Shown: positions 53,562 to 63,429, counted from the first letter of the stretch. The stretch: DNA of 64,000 bases from Nitrospirota bacterium (GCA_040754455.1 JBFMCP010000003.1:65115-129114); one strand, 5' to 3'. Translations and numbers: made by a program. The notes: generated by a model not told the origin, from the sequence alone.

Positions 53562-54095
53562 ATGAATTTCTACCGGTGCCTGATCTGCGGTGATCCCTAC
53601 GGGGGAAAAGAAAAACCTTCACACTGTCCTTTCTGCGGCGCAAAGAGCGAGTATATTGTTTCTGCTGCCGAGTGGATTGATGAGAATACCAGCATCGCTA
53701 CACTCTCCAATATTTCACGGAAGAATCTCGAAAGGACGCTCCAACTCGAGGTAAACAATACCGCCTTTTACCGCGATGCAATGGGAAGGACAAAAGATAT
53801 CGAACTGCAGGGGATATTCAAATATCTCTCCAAAGTTGAGGGAGAGCATGCTTCAGTGGTGAAGAAGATCCTGAAATGCGAAGCGCCAAATCCTGAACCG
53901 GGAAAAGAGGTCGCCTCTGATAATGATCACGAGAATTTGAAAAGAGCACAGGAGCTGGAGAAGTTTGCTGCGAAATTTTATAGCCAGGCTGCAGGTGAAG
54001 CCGTGGAGCCGAGAGTGAAAAAGGTGTTCATTGCACTCTCTACTATAGAATCAGAGCATATACGCATCGAAGGGGAACTCTTAACACGCAAGTAG
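53562..54095 (+). CDS. rubredoxin-like + ferritin-like (reverse rubrerythrin type) protein
   Basis: N-terminal CLICG..CPFCG; diiron ExxH motifs (EGEH, ESEH); RBS GAGGAGG. Confidence 0.88.
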   Translation: MNFYRCLICGDPYGGKEKPSHCPFCGAKSEYIVSAAEWIDENTSIATLSNISRKNLERTLQLEVNNTAFYRDAMGRTKDIELQGIFKYLSKVEGEHASVVKKILKCEAPNPEPGKEVASDNDHENLKRAQELEKFAAKFYSQAAGEAVEPRVKKVFIALSTIESEHIRIEGELLTRK

Positions 54096-54136
54096 GATTT
54101 CTATGCTGCTGCGCTGGATGGTCTTTGAGAAGGCTA

Positions 54137-54152
54137 TGTTCCACGTGGAACA
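54137..54152. promoter_or_regulatory. parS site
   Basis: Perfect palindrome TGTTCCACGTGGAACA. Confidence 0.88.
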
Positions 54153-54171
54153 TGGCCTAATTAGCGCAATG

Positions 54172-54329
54172 CAGTCAGGAATGGGTGCGGGAAAGAGCTT
54201 TCCAGCGCTTCCTCATACCTCCACCAGGGCTGCCAATTCTTGATAACCGCTCTTGAATAGAGAAATGAGGCATTTCTGTTCTAATAAATTGCGCATTAGA
54301 AAGCTCCTTGTAGTACCCATTCCTGACTG
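54172..54329. mobile_element. putative MITE / internally deleted IS (158 bp)
   Basis: Terminal inverted repeats CAGTCAGGAATGGGT-N8-GAGCTTTC at both ends. Confidence 0.55.
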
Positions 54330-54448
54330 ACTGCCCGCCCTCTTCTGAATTTCAAAAGCATTCGCAATGCGCCAGACTTCAAATTAAAAATACAAAAAGT
54401 TTTTTCGCAGGCATGTATAATAAAGAACCAATCACAAAGGAGTTAACG

Positions 54449-54883
54449 ATGGCGACAGTAAAAAAAGGCGATACAATCAGGATTCATTATACAGGCAAGC
54501 TCGAGGACGGCTCTGTCTTCGATTCCTCTGAAGGAGGTAACCCCCTGGAATTCACTGTGGGAGAGGGAGAGCTCATTCCCGGCCTTGAGCAGGGCGTTAT
54601 CGGCATGGCAGAGGGAGAGACCAGAACGATCACCATCTCTCCAGAACTCGGCTACGGTCCTTATATAAAAGAGAAGATATTCGAGCTTGAGCGTGCAAAA
54701 ATCCCTCTCGACTATAATCTCGAAATCGGTGATCCCCTGCAGCTCTATCGAGCTGACGGCATGCCTGTTATGGCAAAAATCATCGGAATATCAGAAAAAA
54801 CATATACTATGGACTGCAATCACCCCCTGGCCGGCAAGACGCTGCTCTTTGAAACAGCAATAGTCGAGATCAAAACGGCATAA
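54449..54883 (+). CDS. FKBP-type peptidyl-prolyl isomerase (SlyD/SlpA-like)
   Basis: HYTGKLEDG.VFDSS, LIPGLE, YG, D.NHPLAGK.L.F. Confidence 0.93.
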   Translation: MATVKKGDTIRIHYTGKLEDGSVFDSSEGGNPLEFTVGEGELIPGLEQGVIGMAEGETRTITISPELGYGPYIKEKIFELERAKIPLDYNLEIGDPLQLYRADGMPVMAKIIGISEKTYTMDCNHPLAGKTLLFETAIVEIKTA

Positions 54884-55062
54884 AGATAATAAAAGCAAGG
54901 AATAATGATTTAAGTAATTGTTTTTATTGATTTTTTAACAATACACTTATTGTGTACTTTTGCTTGCTTTTCTTCACTCTTTGCTTCTTTTCACTAAAAG
55001 AGCGTTAAAATACACCCCTGTGGTAACATATCATCTATTGCTATAAGAGCCACTGAATTATT

Positions 55063-57216
55063 ATGGATATTTTCGCGTTTGACAGCAAATTATTCCTCCT
55101 TATCAATCATGGCACCGCAAATGCCTTTTTCGATGTCGTGATGCCTTTCCTCTCTGCAAGGGGCTATTTCCTGCTACTGCCGTATATAGGGTATCTTGTC
55201 TGGACAGTCTATCGGGAGCCATGGAAGAGCAGCTTCACAGGGTTCGATCCGCGCCTCCTCCTCTGGACACTTATGATCCCCTTCTGCGTCTTTCTCGTGA
55301 GTGATTGGCTGTCATATGAGATAAAAAACGTCGTTATGAGAGAGCGCCCTTTCACTATCTTTGCAGATGCGCGGGTCCTCGTAGGCAGAGGAAAGGCCTT
55401 TTCTATGCCTTCAAGTCATGCGACCAACTACTTTGCCGTTGCTGTCGCACTCTACTATTTCACACGGAACCGTATTCCGCATCTCCTGAGTATCTGCCCT
55501 TTTATCCTGGCAACGCTCGTCGCTTTTTCGAGGATATACGTCGGAGTCCATTTTCCTACCGACGTCATCGCTGGCGCGCTCTTCGGTGCTGTCATTGCTT
55601 TGCTGCTCATCTTCTTATTCAACGCTACACGCAAGCGCTATCACACAAAGCCTTATACAACGCTCCTCCTGGCAGGATTGGTTGTTCTCAGCATCTTTCG
55701 CATTTACTACACCCTCCACGGGCCTCTGGATCTCAGCCCCGATGAGGCGCACTACTGGGAGTGGTCGAGAAGGCTCGATCTGAGTTACTACTCGAAAGGG
55801 CCGATGATCGCCTATCTTATTTATTTAGGCACTGCACTCTTCGGCGATACGGTGTTCGGCATCAGAATCATGGCGGTGATCTTCTCTGCATTAAGCAGTA
55901 TCGTTCTCTTCAAACTGGTTGAGCGCATGTACCAGGGGAAAAACGCGATAGGTTCAGGGGAACCTGCATCGTCCCTCCCGGGAAGAGACCTGGGAGCACT
56001 GGCTGCGCTGCTCTTTCAGATCATTCCACTTTTTGCGACTTTCGGAGTGGTCTTTACCATTGATGCACCTTTCGTGTTTTTCTGGATACTCTCTCTTTTC
56101 CTGTTTTACGCTGCTATCACCTCTGAACAGAAAAATAGACAGTGGATGTATTGGCTTTTAACAGGAATAGCCGTCGGGCTCGGGCTGCTCACCAAGTACA
56201 CCATGGCGCTCTTTTATATTTGTGCATTCCTGCTCCTCCTCTCTGATAAACGGCATTTCCTGAAAACAGCCAGGCCTTATGTTGCGCTCCTTATCAGTCT
56301 TACCGTCTTCAGCCCCGTCATTGTCTGGAATATACAGCACAACTGGGTAACGGTTCGGCATACTGCAGGACAGGCCCACGTTGCTGAAGGGTTTACGCTC
56401 TCTCTCACGAGCTTTCTCGAATTCCTCGGTTCGCAAATAGGCATTATCACTCCGCTCCTCTTCGGCATGATGCTCTACGCAATCGTTAAACTTAAGGTAT
56501 CGGTAAACGACCTCCAATCGAAATTCCTCTTCTATTTTTCGGTTCCGGTGATCGGATTCTTTTTAGTAAAGAGTCTGCAGGGCAAGGTGCAGGCCAACTG
56601 GGCAATGACTGGCTATATCACCGGCCTCATAGCTTTCACGAGATATTTCCTTTCTCACCATCCGGCGTATCATACCTCACGCATTATGCGCTACGGCGTT
56701 TATAGCGGTGTTGCCCTTGCACTCTTTTTCACTGCAATCAGCCACTACCCTTCCCTCCTTAACCTGCCTCCGAAGATGGATCCCTCCGCACGGCTGCGGG
56801 GATGGAAAGAATTAGGGGCAGAAGTAAGTGCGCTCCGTGGCTCTCTGGCACAAGAAGGGGCTGTCTATATTTTCTCCGATAAATACCAGGTAGCGAGCGC
56901 GCTTGCGTTCTATGTCAAGGGGCATCCCAGGACCTATTCCATCAATCTGGGCAGAAGAATGAACCAGTACGATCTTTGGCCTGACATGAACAGCGATGCC
57001 GTGTTGATGAGGGAGAGAGCGCCCTCTGCAAAAATACACGGCATCTTTGTCACGACGGGCAATAAGAACCTCGCTCCCGACATTGCAGCATCCTTTGATC
57101 ATACCGTCAAAAAGGTCCTGCAGGTGTATGAGGGGAAACGGCTTCTGAGGGAATATTCTATCTTTATTTGTTATAATTTCAGATCACTAAAAACAAAATC
57201 ACCCGAAACATTTTAG
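55063..57216 (+). CDS. PAP2 phosphatase fused to ArnT/PMT-like (GT83/GT39) glycosyltransferase
   Basis: Kx6RP, PSSH, SRIYVGVHFPTD; then DEAHYWEWS..L..SYYSKGP, GLLTKY. Confidence 0.9.
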   Translation: MDIFAFDSKLFLLINHGTANAFFDVVMPFLSARGYFLLLPYIGYLVWTVYREPWKSSFTGFDPRLLLWTLMIPFCVFLVSDWLSYEIKNVVMRERPFTIFADARVLVGRGKAFSMPSSHATNYFAVAVALYYFTRNRIPHLLSICPFILATLVAFSRIYVGVHFPTDVIAGALFGAVIALLLIFLFNATRKRYHTKPYTTLLLAGLVVLSIFRIYYTLHGPLDLSPDEAHYWEWSRRLDLSYYSKGPMIAYLIYLGTALFGDTVFGIRIMAVIFSALSSIVLFKLVERMYQGKNAIGSGEPASSLPGRDLGALAALLFQIIPLFATFGVVFTIDAPFVFFWILSLFLFYAAITSEQKNRQWMYWLLTGIAVGLGLLTKYTMALFYICAFLLLLSDKRHFLKTARPYVALLISLTVFSPVIVWNIQHNWVTVRHTAGQAHVAEGFTLSLTSFLEFLGSQIGIITPLLFGMMLYAIVKLKVSVNDLQSKFLFYFSVPVIGFFLVKSLQGKVQANWAMTGYITGLIAFTRYFLSHHPAYHTSRIMRYGVYSGVALALFFTAISHYPSLLNLPPKMDPSARLRGWKELGAEVSALRGSLAQEGAVYIFSDKYQVASALAFYVKGHPRTYSINLGRRMNQYDLWPDMNSDAVLMRERAPSAKIHGIFVTTGNKNLAPDIAASFDHTVKKVLQVYEGKRLLREYSIFICYNFRSLKTKSPETF

Positions 57217-57236
57217 GAGAGCGAGGATAGTATAGG

Positions 57237-58181
57237 ATGGATGTATCGATTGTGATTCCCTTGTACAACGAGGAGGACAACGTAGAAGTCCTCCATGAGC
57301 GATTGAAGGATGTCCTCCTCAAACACAGCATCGATTACGAGATCATCTATGTCGATGACGGCAGTAATGACAAAACCCTGCCGCTCCTCGAAGAAATACA
57401 GAAGAAGGATAAAAATATATTGATCCTCAGCCTGAGGAGGAACTTCGGCCAGACCGCAGCCTTTGCCGCCGGCTTCGACTTCGCACGGGGCGACATCGTC
57501 GTCACCATGGACGGCGACCTCCAGAATGATCCGCAGGATATTCCGCGGCTCCTCGAAGAGATCAAGGAGTACGATCTGGTGAGCGGCTGGAGAAAGAAGC
57601 GGAAAGATCCCTTTATCAGCAGGCGACTGCCCTCGATGATCGCAAACTGGCTGATCAGCAGAGTCACCGGCGTCAGGCTCCACGATTACGGCTGCTCACT
57701 CAAGGCATACCGGCGCGACGTCGTAAAGAACTTGCGGCTCTATGGCGAGATGCACCGCTTCATCCCCGCCGTAGCAAGCTGGTACGGAGTCAGGATCTCG
57801 GAGATAGAGACGACCCATCATCCGCGGCTCAGAGGCAAGTCAAAATACGGCATCTCCAGGACAATCAAGGTGCTGCTCGATCTTATTACCGTAAAATTCC
57901 TGCAGAGCTTTTCCACCAAGCCGATGCAGTTCTTCGGCCCTATGGGCGTACTCTTCGGCCTCTCCGGTGTTGCCATCTCGCTCTACCTCTCTCTCGACAA
58001 GCTGTTTCGAGGAGTCAACATCGGCGGCAGACCACTCCTCCTCCTCGGTGTGCTCTTGATCATCGTTGGTGTCCAGTTCGTCGGTATGGGGCTGCTCGGA
58101 GAAATGCTGGTGCGTGTCTACCATGAAAGCCAGAAGAAGCCTATCTATGCCATAAAAAAAATCTTCGGTCCCGGCAGGTAA
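57237..58181 (+). CDS. GT2 polyprenol-phosphate glycosyltransferase (ArnC/GtrB-like)
   Basis: IPLYNEE, VDDGS.D, RNFGQTAA, MDGDLQNDP, two C-terminal TMs. Confidence 0.93.
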   Translation: MDVSIVIPLYNEEDNVEVLHERLKDVLLKHSIDYEIIYVDDGSNDKTLPLLEEIQKKDKNILILSLRRNFGQTAAFAAGFDFARGDIVVTMDGDLQNDPQDIPRLLEEIKEYDLVSGWRKKRKDPFISRRLPSMIANWLISRVTGVRLHDYGCSLKAYRRDVVKNLRLYGEMHRFIPAVASWYGVRISEIETTHHPRLRGKSKYGISRTIKVLLDLITVKFLQSFSTKPMQFFGPMGVLFGLSGVAISLYLSLDKLFRGVNIGGRPLLLLGVLLIIVGVQFVGMGLLGEMLVRVYHESQKKPIYAIKKIFGPGR

Positions 58182-58187
58182 CCATGG

Positions 58188-58248
58188 CGGTCATTGATCG
58201 GTAGTCATAAGAAAAGACCGATGACCAACGACTGATGACCAATGACTA
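58188..58248. repeat. heptamer-periodic hairpin (TGACYRA type)
   Basis: GGTCATT GATCGGT AGTCAT ... TGACCAA CGACTGA TGACCAA TGACTAA. Confidence 0.65.
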
Positions 58249-59222
58249 AACTCGTCAAACAGTACGTGTTACTGCTCTTCAAGCTCGCCGTCAGCTCATC
58301 CCTGCTCTATCTTCTCATTTCGAAAATCGGCGGGACCGCCATACTCAACAATATTCGACTTCTGGATCCTTTCGCCTTCCTCACCGCGGTGGGGCTCTAT
58401 TTGCTCGCCTCATATCTTTCTACACGGCGCTGGAAGCTTCTCGTCCCGTGCGCTGTCGGTACGAGAAGGCTCTTCAGTATGTATATGATCGGCTCTTTTT
58501 TCAATAGCTATCTGCCAGGTGGAATCGGAGGAGATGCGGTAAAGGCATACTATTTGAGCAGAGAGATGATCGGCAGGCACACAAGCGGGGATGACAAAGA
58601 ATGCCCGAAGACAGATGCTCCATTGACCATAGCCATTGCATCGGTGTTCATGGACAGGTATATAGGATTCGGCGCTCTATTGTGTATCAGCATGGCCGTA
58701 TTTCCTTTCGGGATCGCTACCCTTGAGAGGGCGTCTGCCACGATTCCGGTGCTTTGGGTTATCCCTTCTCTTCTTGTTCTTTTTCTCACAACAAGTGTAG
58801 CCATTTTCAAATTCAGAATCGGGCGGCAATTGCAGTTTCTCTACAGCGCATACCAATACTTTCACCTCTATGCAGCAAAGCGGGACACCTTGGTCAAAAC
58901 TTTCCTTTATTCGATAGCGCTCCAGCTGTTGGGTATCGTATCGATTTATATTCTGTCGAAAGGCCTCTTGCTGAGCATTCCGTTCCTCTCGCTTCTTATC
59001 TTTGTCCCGATCATCATCGTGTTTTCCATGATCCCGGTCTCGATATCAGGGATAGGGCTGCGCGAAGGCGCCTTTGTCTTTCTCCTGGGTGCGATCGGTG
59101 TCCCCCCCGAAAAATCATTCGCCTTGTCGCTCGTCTGGTTCTTCTCGGTATTTACGGCAGGGTTATGGGGATTGTTCGAGTATCTACGATTTAAGACGGT
59201 GCTTGGCGGAAAGAAAGAATAG
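58242..59222 (+). CDS. lysylphosphatidylglycerol-synthase-TM / flippase-like membrane protein
   Basis: RW..L, G.FFN..LP..IGGD..KA.YL, S..MDR, P.SI.G.G.REG. Confidence 0.88.
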   Translation: MTKLVKQYVLLLFKLAVSSSLLYLLISKIGGTAILNNIRLLDPFAFLTAVGLYLLASYLSTRRWKLLVPCAVGTRRLFSMYMIGSFFNSYLPGGIGGDAVKAYYLSREMIGRHTSGDDKECPKTDAPLTIAIASVFMDRYIGFGALLCISMAVFPFGIATLERASATIPVLWVIPSLLVLFLTTSVAIFKFRIGRQLQFLYSAYQYFHLYAAKRDTLVKTFLYSIALQLLGIVSIYILSKGLLLSIPFLSLLIFVPIIIVFSMIPVSISGIGLREGAFVFLLGAIGVPPEKSFALSLVWFFSVFTAGLWGLFEYLRFKTVLGGKKE

Positions 59223-60764
59223 GAGCTTCTTCAGGTCCCTCAGGTTGTCGGAGAACTCCTGTGTCGCATAGTAATCCTTCAGGCCGAGGCGAAGCGCCTC
59301 ATCGTTCAAATCGAGACCATACTTTTCCAGAATGCTGTCGGCGATAAATTCAATGTCCTCCCGCCGCTCTCGCAACGGGGGAATATGCAGACTTACCGGT
59401 TTGAGGACATTCAGTAGCCGGGGAGAGAACCTCCCCGCCTTCGCCTCCTCAATGATATTTTTTCGCGATGTCATCATTACTCTGATATCAAATGAGGCGG
59501 AGCGCGTCTCGCCAATCTTATAGAACTCATCCTTCGAGAATATCTCAGCGAGCTTGTCCTGCAGCATTAACGGTATATTATCGATATCCTTGAGCAGGAT
59601 CGTTCCCCCATTTGCCAGCTCCAGCACGCCTTTATGCTTCTCGAGCCCGAGGAATCCTCCCTTCGCACCGAAGAGCTCCATCTCAAAGGTCTCGCTGTCC
59701 AAGCAGGCGCAGTGAACCGATAGAAAGGGCTTTGCCCTCCGCGGATTATCGGGGTGGCGGTGGAGCGCTATTGCCAGCAGCCTCTTCCCCACACTGCTCG
59801 CTCCATAGAGAAGAATGTTCTTATCCTCACGGTTCGCAGCAAAGAGCGCCTCGAGTTTTTTCTGCAGAGTCGCTGATTTGGTGAGGAAGGTGATCCCCGG
59901 TGAGCGATATTCTTCGGCACGGGCGATAAATTGCTCGGACATCTGCTCGACATTAAACTCACGGCAGACCTCCTCAAACCGTTCGAGGATCTCTGCCAGT
60001 ATCTCTTCGATCTCGCTTTCGGGAATTTTGAAGTACATTTTGCATAGTTCCCTGAATTTTTCCTGGGCCTCGATAACGGCGGGGAAAAGGAGTGTACGGG
60101 CAGCGGTCTCGGCAATATCGATAAGCCTGAACAGTTGAAACGCTTTATGTGCGACCGAGAGCTTTGAGGGATGCTCAAGATTGTTTCTCCGATGGCCCTC
60201 TTTCGAGAAGACCATACTCATCAGACTTATGATGTCTTTATAAATTTTTGGTGAAGCAATAGCATGGTCCAGCTGGATGATATGATTCGTCTTATAAAGT
60301 CCCTCTTCGATGAACACCCGCTGCTCTATCGGTATCTTCAGTATCAAATCCAGAATCTTCTGATAGCTGGCATGGGTCTCGAGCATGAGGAGCATGCCGA
60401 CGCAGGGCAGAATCCCGGCAAAAAACGCCTCATCCTCTTCTGCGATCTCCGCTCTCTCGTTAATCAATGCAGCGGTCTCTCCGGCGATGACCGAATAGCA
60501 CCAGACGAGAAGATTGCTCTCATCGAGATAGTAGTCCTGCTCGAGGATAAAGCGCTCGCTCCCCTCTGCTCCGATCAGGGATATTGCCTGTGAGACAGAA
60601 GTGATGTCGTTCCTTTTATCGGATGAGTTGATATACCGGAGAAGCGAGAAATAAAGTCCGGGATCGTACTTGATGAGGTGGGAGATTTTCTGGAGGGGCT
60701 CATTCTCGTTTTGTATCACCGCACGCAGCGCTGCCACGGTATGTTCGAAAACAGCGATATTCAT
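59184..60764 (-). CDS. HDOD + degenerate sigma54-interaction AAA+ domain protein, no HTH
   Basis: I..DPGL..SLLRYINS; PF..VHCA, ELFG, ANGGT, PPLRER.EDI; ends without an HTH. Confidence 0.85.
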   Translation of the reverse strand: MNIAVFEHTVAALRAVIQNENEPLQKISHLIKYDPGLYFSLLRYINSSDKRNDITSVSQAISLIGAEGSERFILEQDYYLDESNLLVWCYSVIAGETAALINERAEIAEEDEAFFAGILPCVGMLLMLETHASYQKILDLILKIPIEQRVFIEEGLYKTNHIIQLDHAIASPKIYKDIISLMSMVFSKEGHRRNNLEHPSKLSVAHKAFQLFRLIDIAETAARTLLFPAVIEAQEKFRELCKMYFKIPESEIEEILAEILERFEEVCREFNVEQMSEQFIARAEEYRSPGITFLTKSATLQKKLEALFAANREDKNILLYGASSVGKRLLAIALHRHPDNPRRAKPFLSVHCACLDSETFEMELFGAKGGFLGLEKHKGVLELANGGTILLKDIDNIPLMLQDKLAEIFSKDEFYKIGETRSASFDIRVMMTSRKNIIEEAKAGRFSPRLLNVLKPVSLHIPPLRERREDIEFIADSILEKYGLDLNDEALRLGLKDYYATQEFSDNLRDLKKLLFFLSAKHRLKS

Positions 60765-60785
60765 TAGTGGTATAATAATAAATTA

Positions 60786-62672
60786 ATGTTTAAAGAGCAA
60801 GACTACGAGGTAATTGTCATTGGCGCCGGCCATGCCGGCTGCGAGGCAGCGCTCGCTGCAGCGCGCCTCGGACTGCACACCTGTCTGTTTACCATCAATA
60901 TCGATACAATTGCGCATCTCTCCTGCAATCCCGCCATCGGCGGGCTCGCAAAGGGACACCTTGTGCGTGAAATCGATGCGCTCGGCGGCGAAATGGCAAA
61001 GGTAAGCGATAAATCGGGAATACAGTTCAGAATGCTCAACCTCTCCAAAGGCCCCGCAGTCTGGTCTTTGAGGGCCCAGGCCGACAGAGGGCTCTACAAG
61101 CTCCATATGAGGCAGGCGCTTGAGCAGCAGAGAGGCCTTACGATAAAGCAGGGGACTGTAGAAAAAATTGCAGTAGAAAACGGCAGGGTCACCGGTGTCC
61201 ATACCTCACTCGGTGTTTTCTATGGCGCAAAGGCAATTGTGGTGACAACCGGCACGTTTCTCAAGGGGCTTATTCACATCGGTCTCGAAAGTTTCCAGGC
61301 CGGGAGAGCGGGAGAATTTCCCTCCATCGGCCTTTCCGAATCATTGAGCTCCCTCGGGTTGAAACTGGGGAGACTCAAGACAGGCACCCCGCCGCGGCTC
61401 GATGCCAGAAGCATCGACTTTTCGAAGACGACTCCCCAGTGGGGAGACGATCCGCCCCCACCTTTTTCCTATTCGACAGAAAAGATCACCAATCCCCAGC
61501 TACCGTGCTACATCACCTATACGAATCAGAAAACCCACGAAATCATTAAAGGGAATCTCGACCGGTCCCCCCTCTACGGAGGGAAGATCAAGGGGGTCGG
61601 TCCGCGTTACTGTCCCTCAATAGAAGACAAGGTCGTGCGGTTCTCGGAAAAAGAGCGGCATCAGGTCTTTCTTGAGCCCGAGGGACTCGCGACTACGGAA
61701 TATTATGCGAACGGTATTTCGACGAGTCTCCCCTATGACGTGCAAATTAAGCTCGTCAGGAGCATCGAGGGACTTGAGCATGCCGAAATTATGAGGCCGG
61801 CGTATGCAATCGAATATGACTTTGTCTATCCGACACAGCTACGCCACAGTCTCGAAGTCAAAGGGATAGAGGGACTCTTCCTCGGAGGCCAGATCAACGG
61901 CACATCCGGCTACGAAGAAGCCGCTGCCCAGGGGTTAATGGCGGGAATCAATGCAGCGCTCAAGATCAAAAATCAGCCGCCGCTTGTCCTGGACCGTGAT
62001 GAGGCGTATATCGGGGTGCTTATTGACGACCTCGTCACCAAAGGCACCAAAGAGCCCTACCGTATGTTCACTTCCCGGGCAGAATACCGTCTGCTCCTCA
62101 GGCACGACAATGCTGACTTCAGACTCAGCGAGAAAGGATATCAGATCGGCCTCGTGACTGAAGAGGCCTTTGAGCGGTTTCATGCAAAGAAGAGCGCTAT
62201 GGAGAAAGAAATTTCCCGTCTCAGAAAGGAGCGGATCAAGCCCTCTGCCGAAATCAACGAAGCACTTACGGCTCTTGGCACCTCTGCGATCACCGAGGAT
62301 ACCGCTCTGGATAAGCTCTTAAAGAGACCGGAGGTCAAATATGCTCTCATCAAGCAATTCTCTTCATCGTCTGACCATTTGTCCGCCGAAGTCGAGTCGC
62401 TTGTCGAGATCAACGTAAAATACGAAGGGTATGTACGGAAGCAGGCGGAGCTCGCCGAGAGATCGAAAAAATTCGAGCACAAGAGGATACCGGCAGCGTT
62501 CAGTTACCAGTCGGTTCCCGGCTTATCGCGGGAGGTCATCGAAAAGCTGAAGGAAGTTGAGCCTGAGACTGTCGGACAGGCGAGCAGGATTCCCGGCATC
62601 ACCCCGGCTGCCATATCAATACTCCTTGTCGCAGTGGAGCGCTATTGGAGACAGTCCAGAAACTCCTCATAG
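60786..62672 (+). CDS. mnmG: tRNA uridine-5-carboxymethylaminomethyl(34) synthesis enzyme MnmG
   Basis: GAGHAGCEAA, SCNPAIGG, RLKTGTPPR, GPRYCPSIEDK, GQINGTSGYEEAAAQG. Confidence 0.99.
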   Translation: MFKEQDYEVIVIGAGHAGCEAALAAARLGLHTCLFTINIDTIAHLSCNPAIGGLAKGHLVREIDALGGEMAKVSDKSGIQFRMLNLSKGPAVWSLRAQADRGLYKLHMRQALEQQRGLTIKQGTVEKIAVENGRVTGVHTSLGVFYGAKAIVVTTGTFLKGLIHIGLESFQAGRAGEFPSIGLSESLSSLGLKLGRLKTGTPPRLDARSIDFSKTTPQWGDDPPPPFSYSTEKITNPQLPCYITYTNQKTHEIIKGNLDRSPLYGGKIKGVGPRYCPSIEDKVVRFSEKERHQVFLEPEGLATTEYYANGISTSLPYDVQIKLVRSIEGLEHAEIMRPAYAIEYDFVYPTQLRHSLEVKGIEGLFLGGQINGTSGYEEAAAQGLMAGINAALKIKNQPPLVLDRDEAYIGVLIDDLVTKGTKEPYRMFTSRAEYRLLLRHDNADFRLSEKGYQIGLVTEEAFERFHAKKSAMEKEISRLRKERIKPSAEINEALTALGTSAITEDTALDKLLKRPEVKYALIKQFSSSSDHLSAEVESLVEINVKYEGYVRKQAELAERSKKFEHKRIPAAFSYQSVPGLSREVIEKLKEVEPETVGQASRIPGITPAAISILLVAVERYWRQSRNSS

Positions 62673-63271
62673 AAGGGCTCCGGGAATTAGGGCTGGAGAC
62701 CTCGGATATCCTTGTTTCCAAGTTTATTACCTACCTGAAGGAACTCAAGAAGTGGAACCGGGCCTATAATCTTACTGCCCTCAAAGAGGACAGAGAGATC
62801 GTCATCAAACATTTCCTGGACTCCCTTCTTTATCTTAAGGCTATTCCGGAAGGAGCGTGGAACATCTGTGATGTCGGCAGCGGCGCTGGCTTTCCCGGTG
62901 TGCCCCTCGCCCTTGTCAGACCGGACCTCAGCTTCACACTTGTAGAGCCCTCCCGAAAGAAGACCGCCTTTCTTAGAAATATAAAACGCGTCCTCTCTCT
63001 TAATAATGTGGACGTGCTCGAAGCAAGAATAGAGGATGTGCGGGAAAAGAAATTCGATATTGCTGTGACGCGGGCTCTCTTCAGCATTGGAGACTTTATT
63101 AAGAATGCCGGACATGCTGTTAAAACGAGAGGCCTTTTCATAATGAATAAAGGGCCGAAGTTCGAAGAAGAAATCAAGGGAGCCCCTGCCTCTACCCACA
63201 TCGAGGTGCTGCAAGCTGCTCTGCCTCAATCCGGGATACAAAGAAGCATAGTGAAAATAGTAAGATCCTAA
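62645..63271 (+). CDS. rsmG: 16S rRNA m7G527 methyltransferase RsmG
   Basis: KWN..YNLT, HFLDSL, DVGSGAGFPG, TRA; follows mnmG. Confidence 0.96.
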   Translation: METVQKLLIEGLRELGLETSDILVSKFITYLKELKKWNRAYNLTALKEDREIVIKHFLDSLLYLKAIPEGAWNICDVGSGAGFPGVPLALVRPDLSFTLVEPSRKKTAFLRNIKRVLSLNNVDVLEARIEDVREKKFDIAVTRALFSIGDFIKNAGHAVKTRGLFIMNKGPKFEEEIKGAPASTHIEVLQAALPQSGIQRSIVKIVRS

Positions 63272-63429
63272 TACAGCGCTAAAGAAGGTCCTCTTTGCCT
63301 TAAATTGCGCATTAAAATATAAGACTTTGATTTTTAATATTTTAAGTGACTACGAATCCGAACCCCTCATAGTGCTCAGCTTGCTTTTTATTTTTATAAG
63401 CCATTGTCTTTTTTTGTAAATTTTACTTG

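Noticed and set aside
54885..55060. AT-rich tract as possible oriC
   Set aside because: No cluster of TTATCCACA-like DnaA boxes; more likely a promoter region.
56653..56696. Degenerate 7-mer periodicity in a loop of the PAP2-GT83 gene (HHPAYHTSRIMRY)
   Set aside because: Possibly another in-frame repeat insertion, but too decayed to assert on its own.
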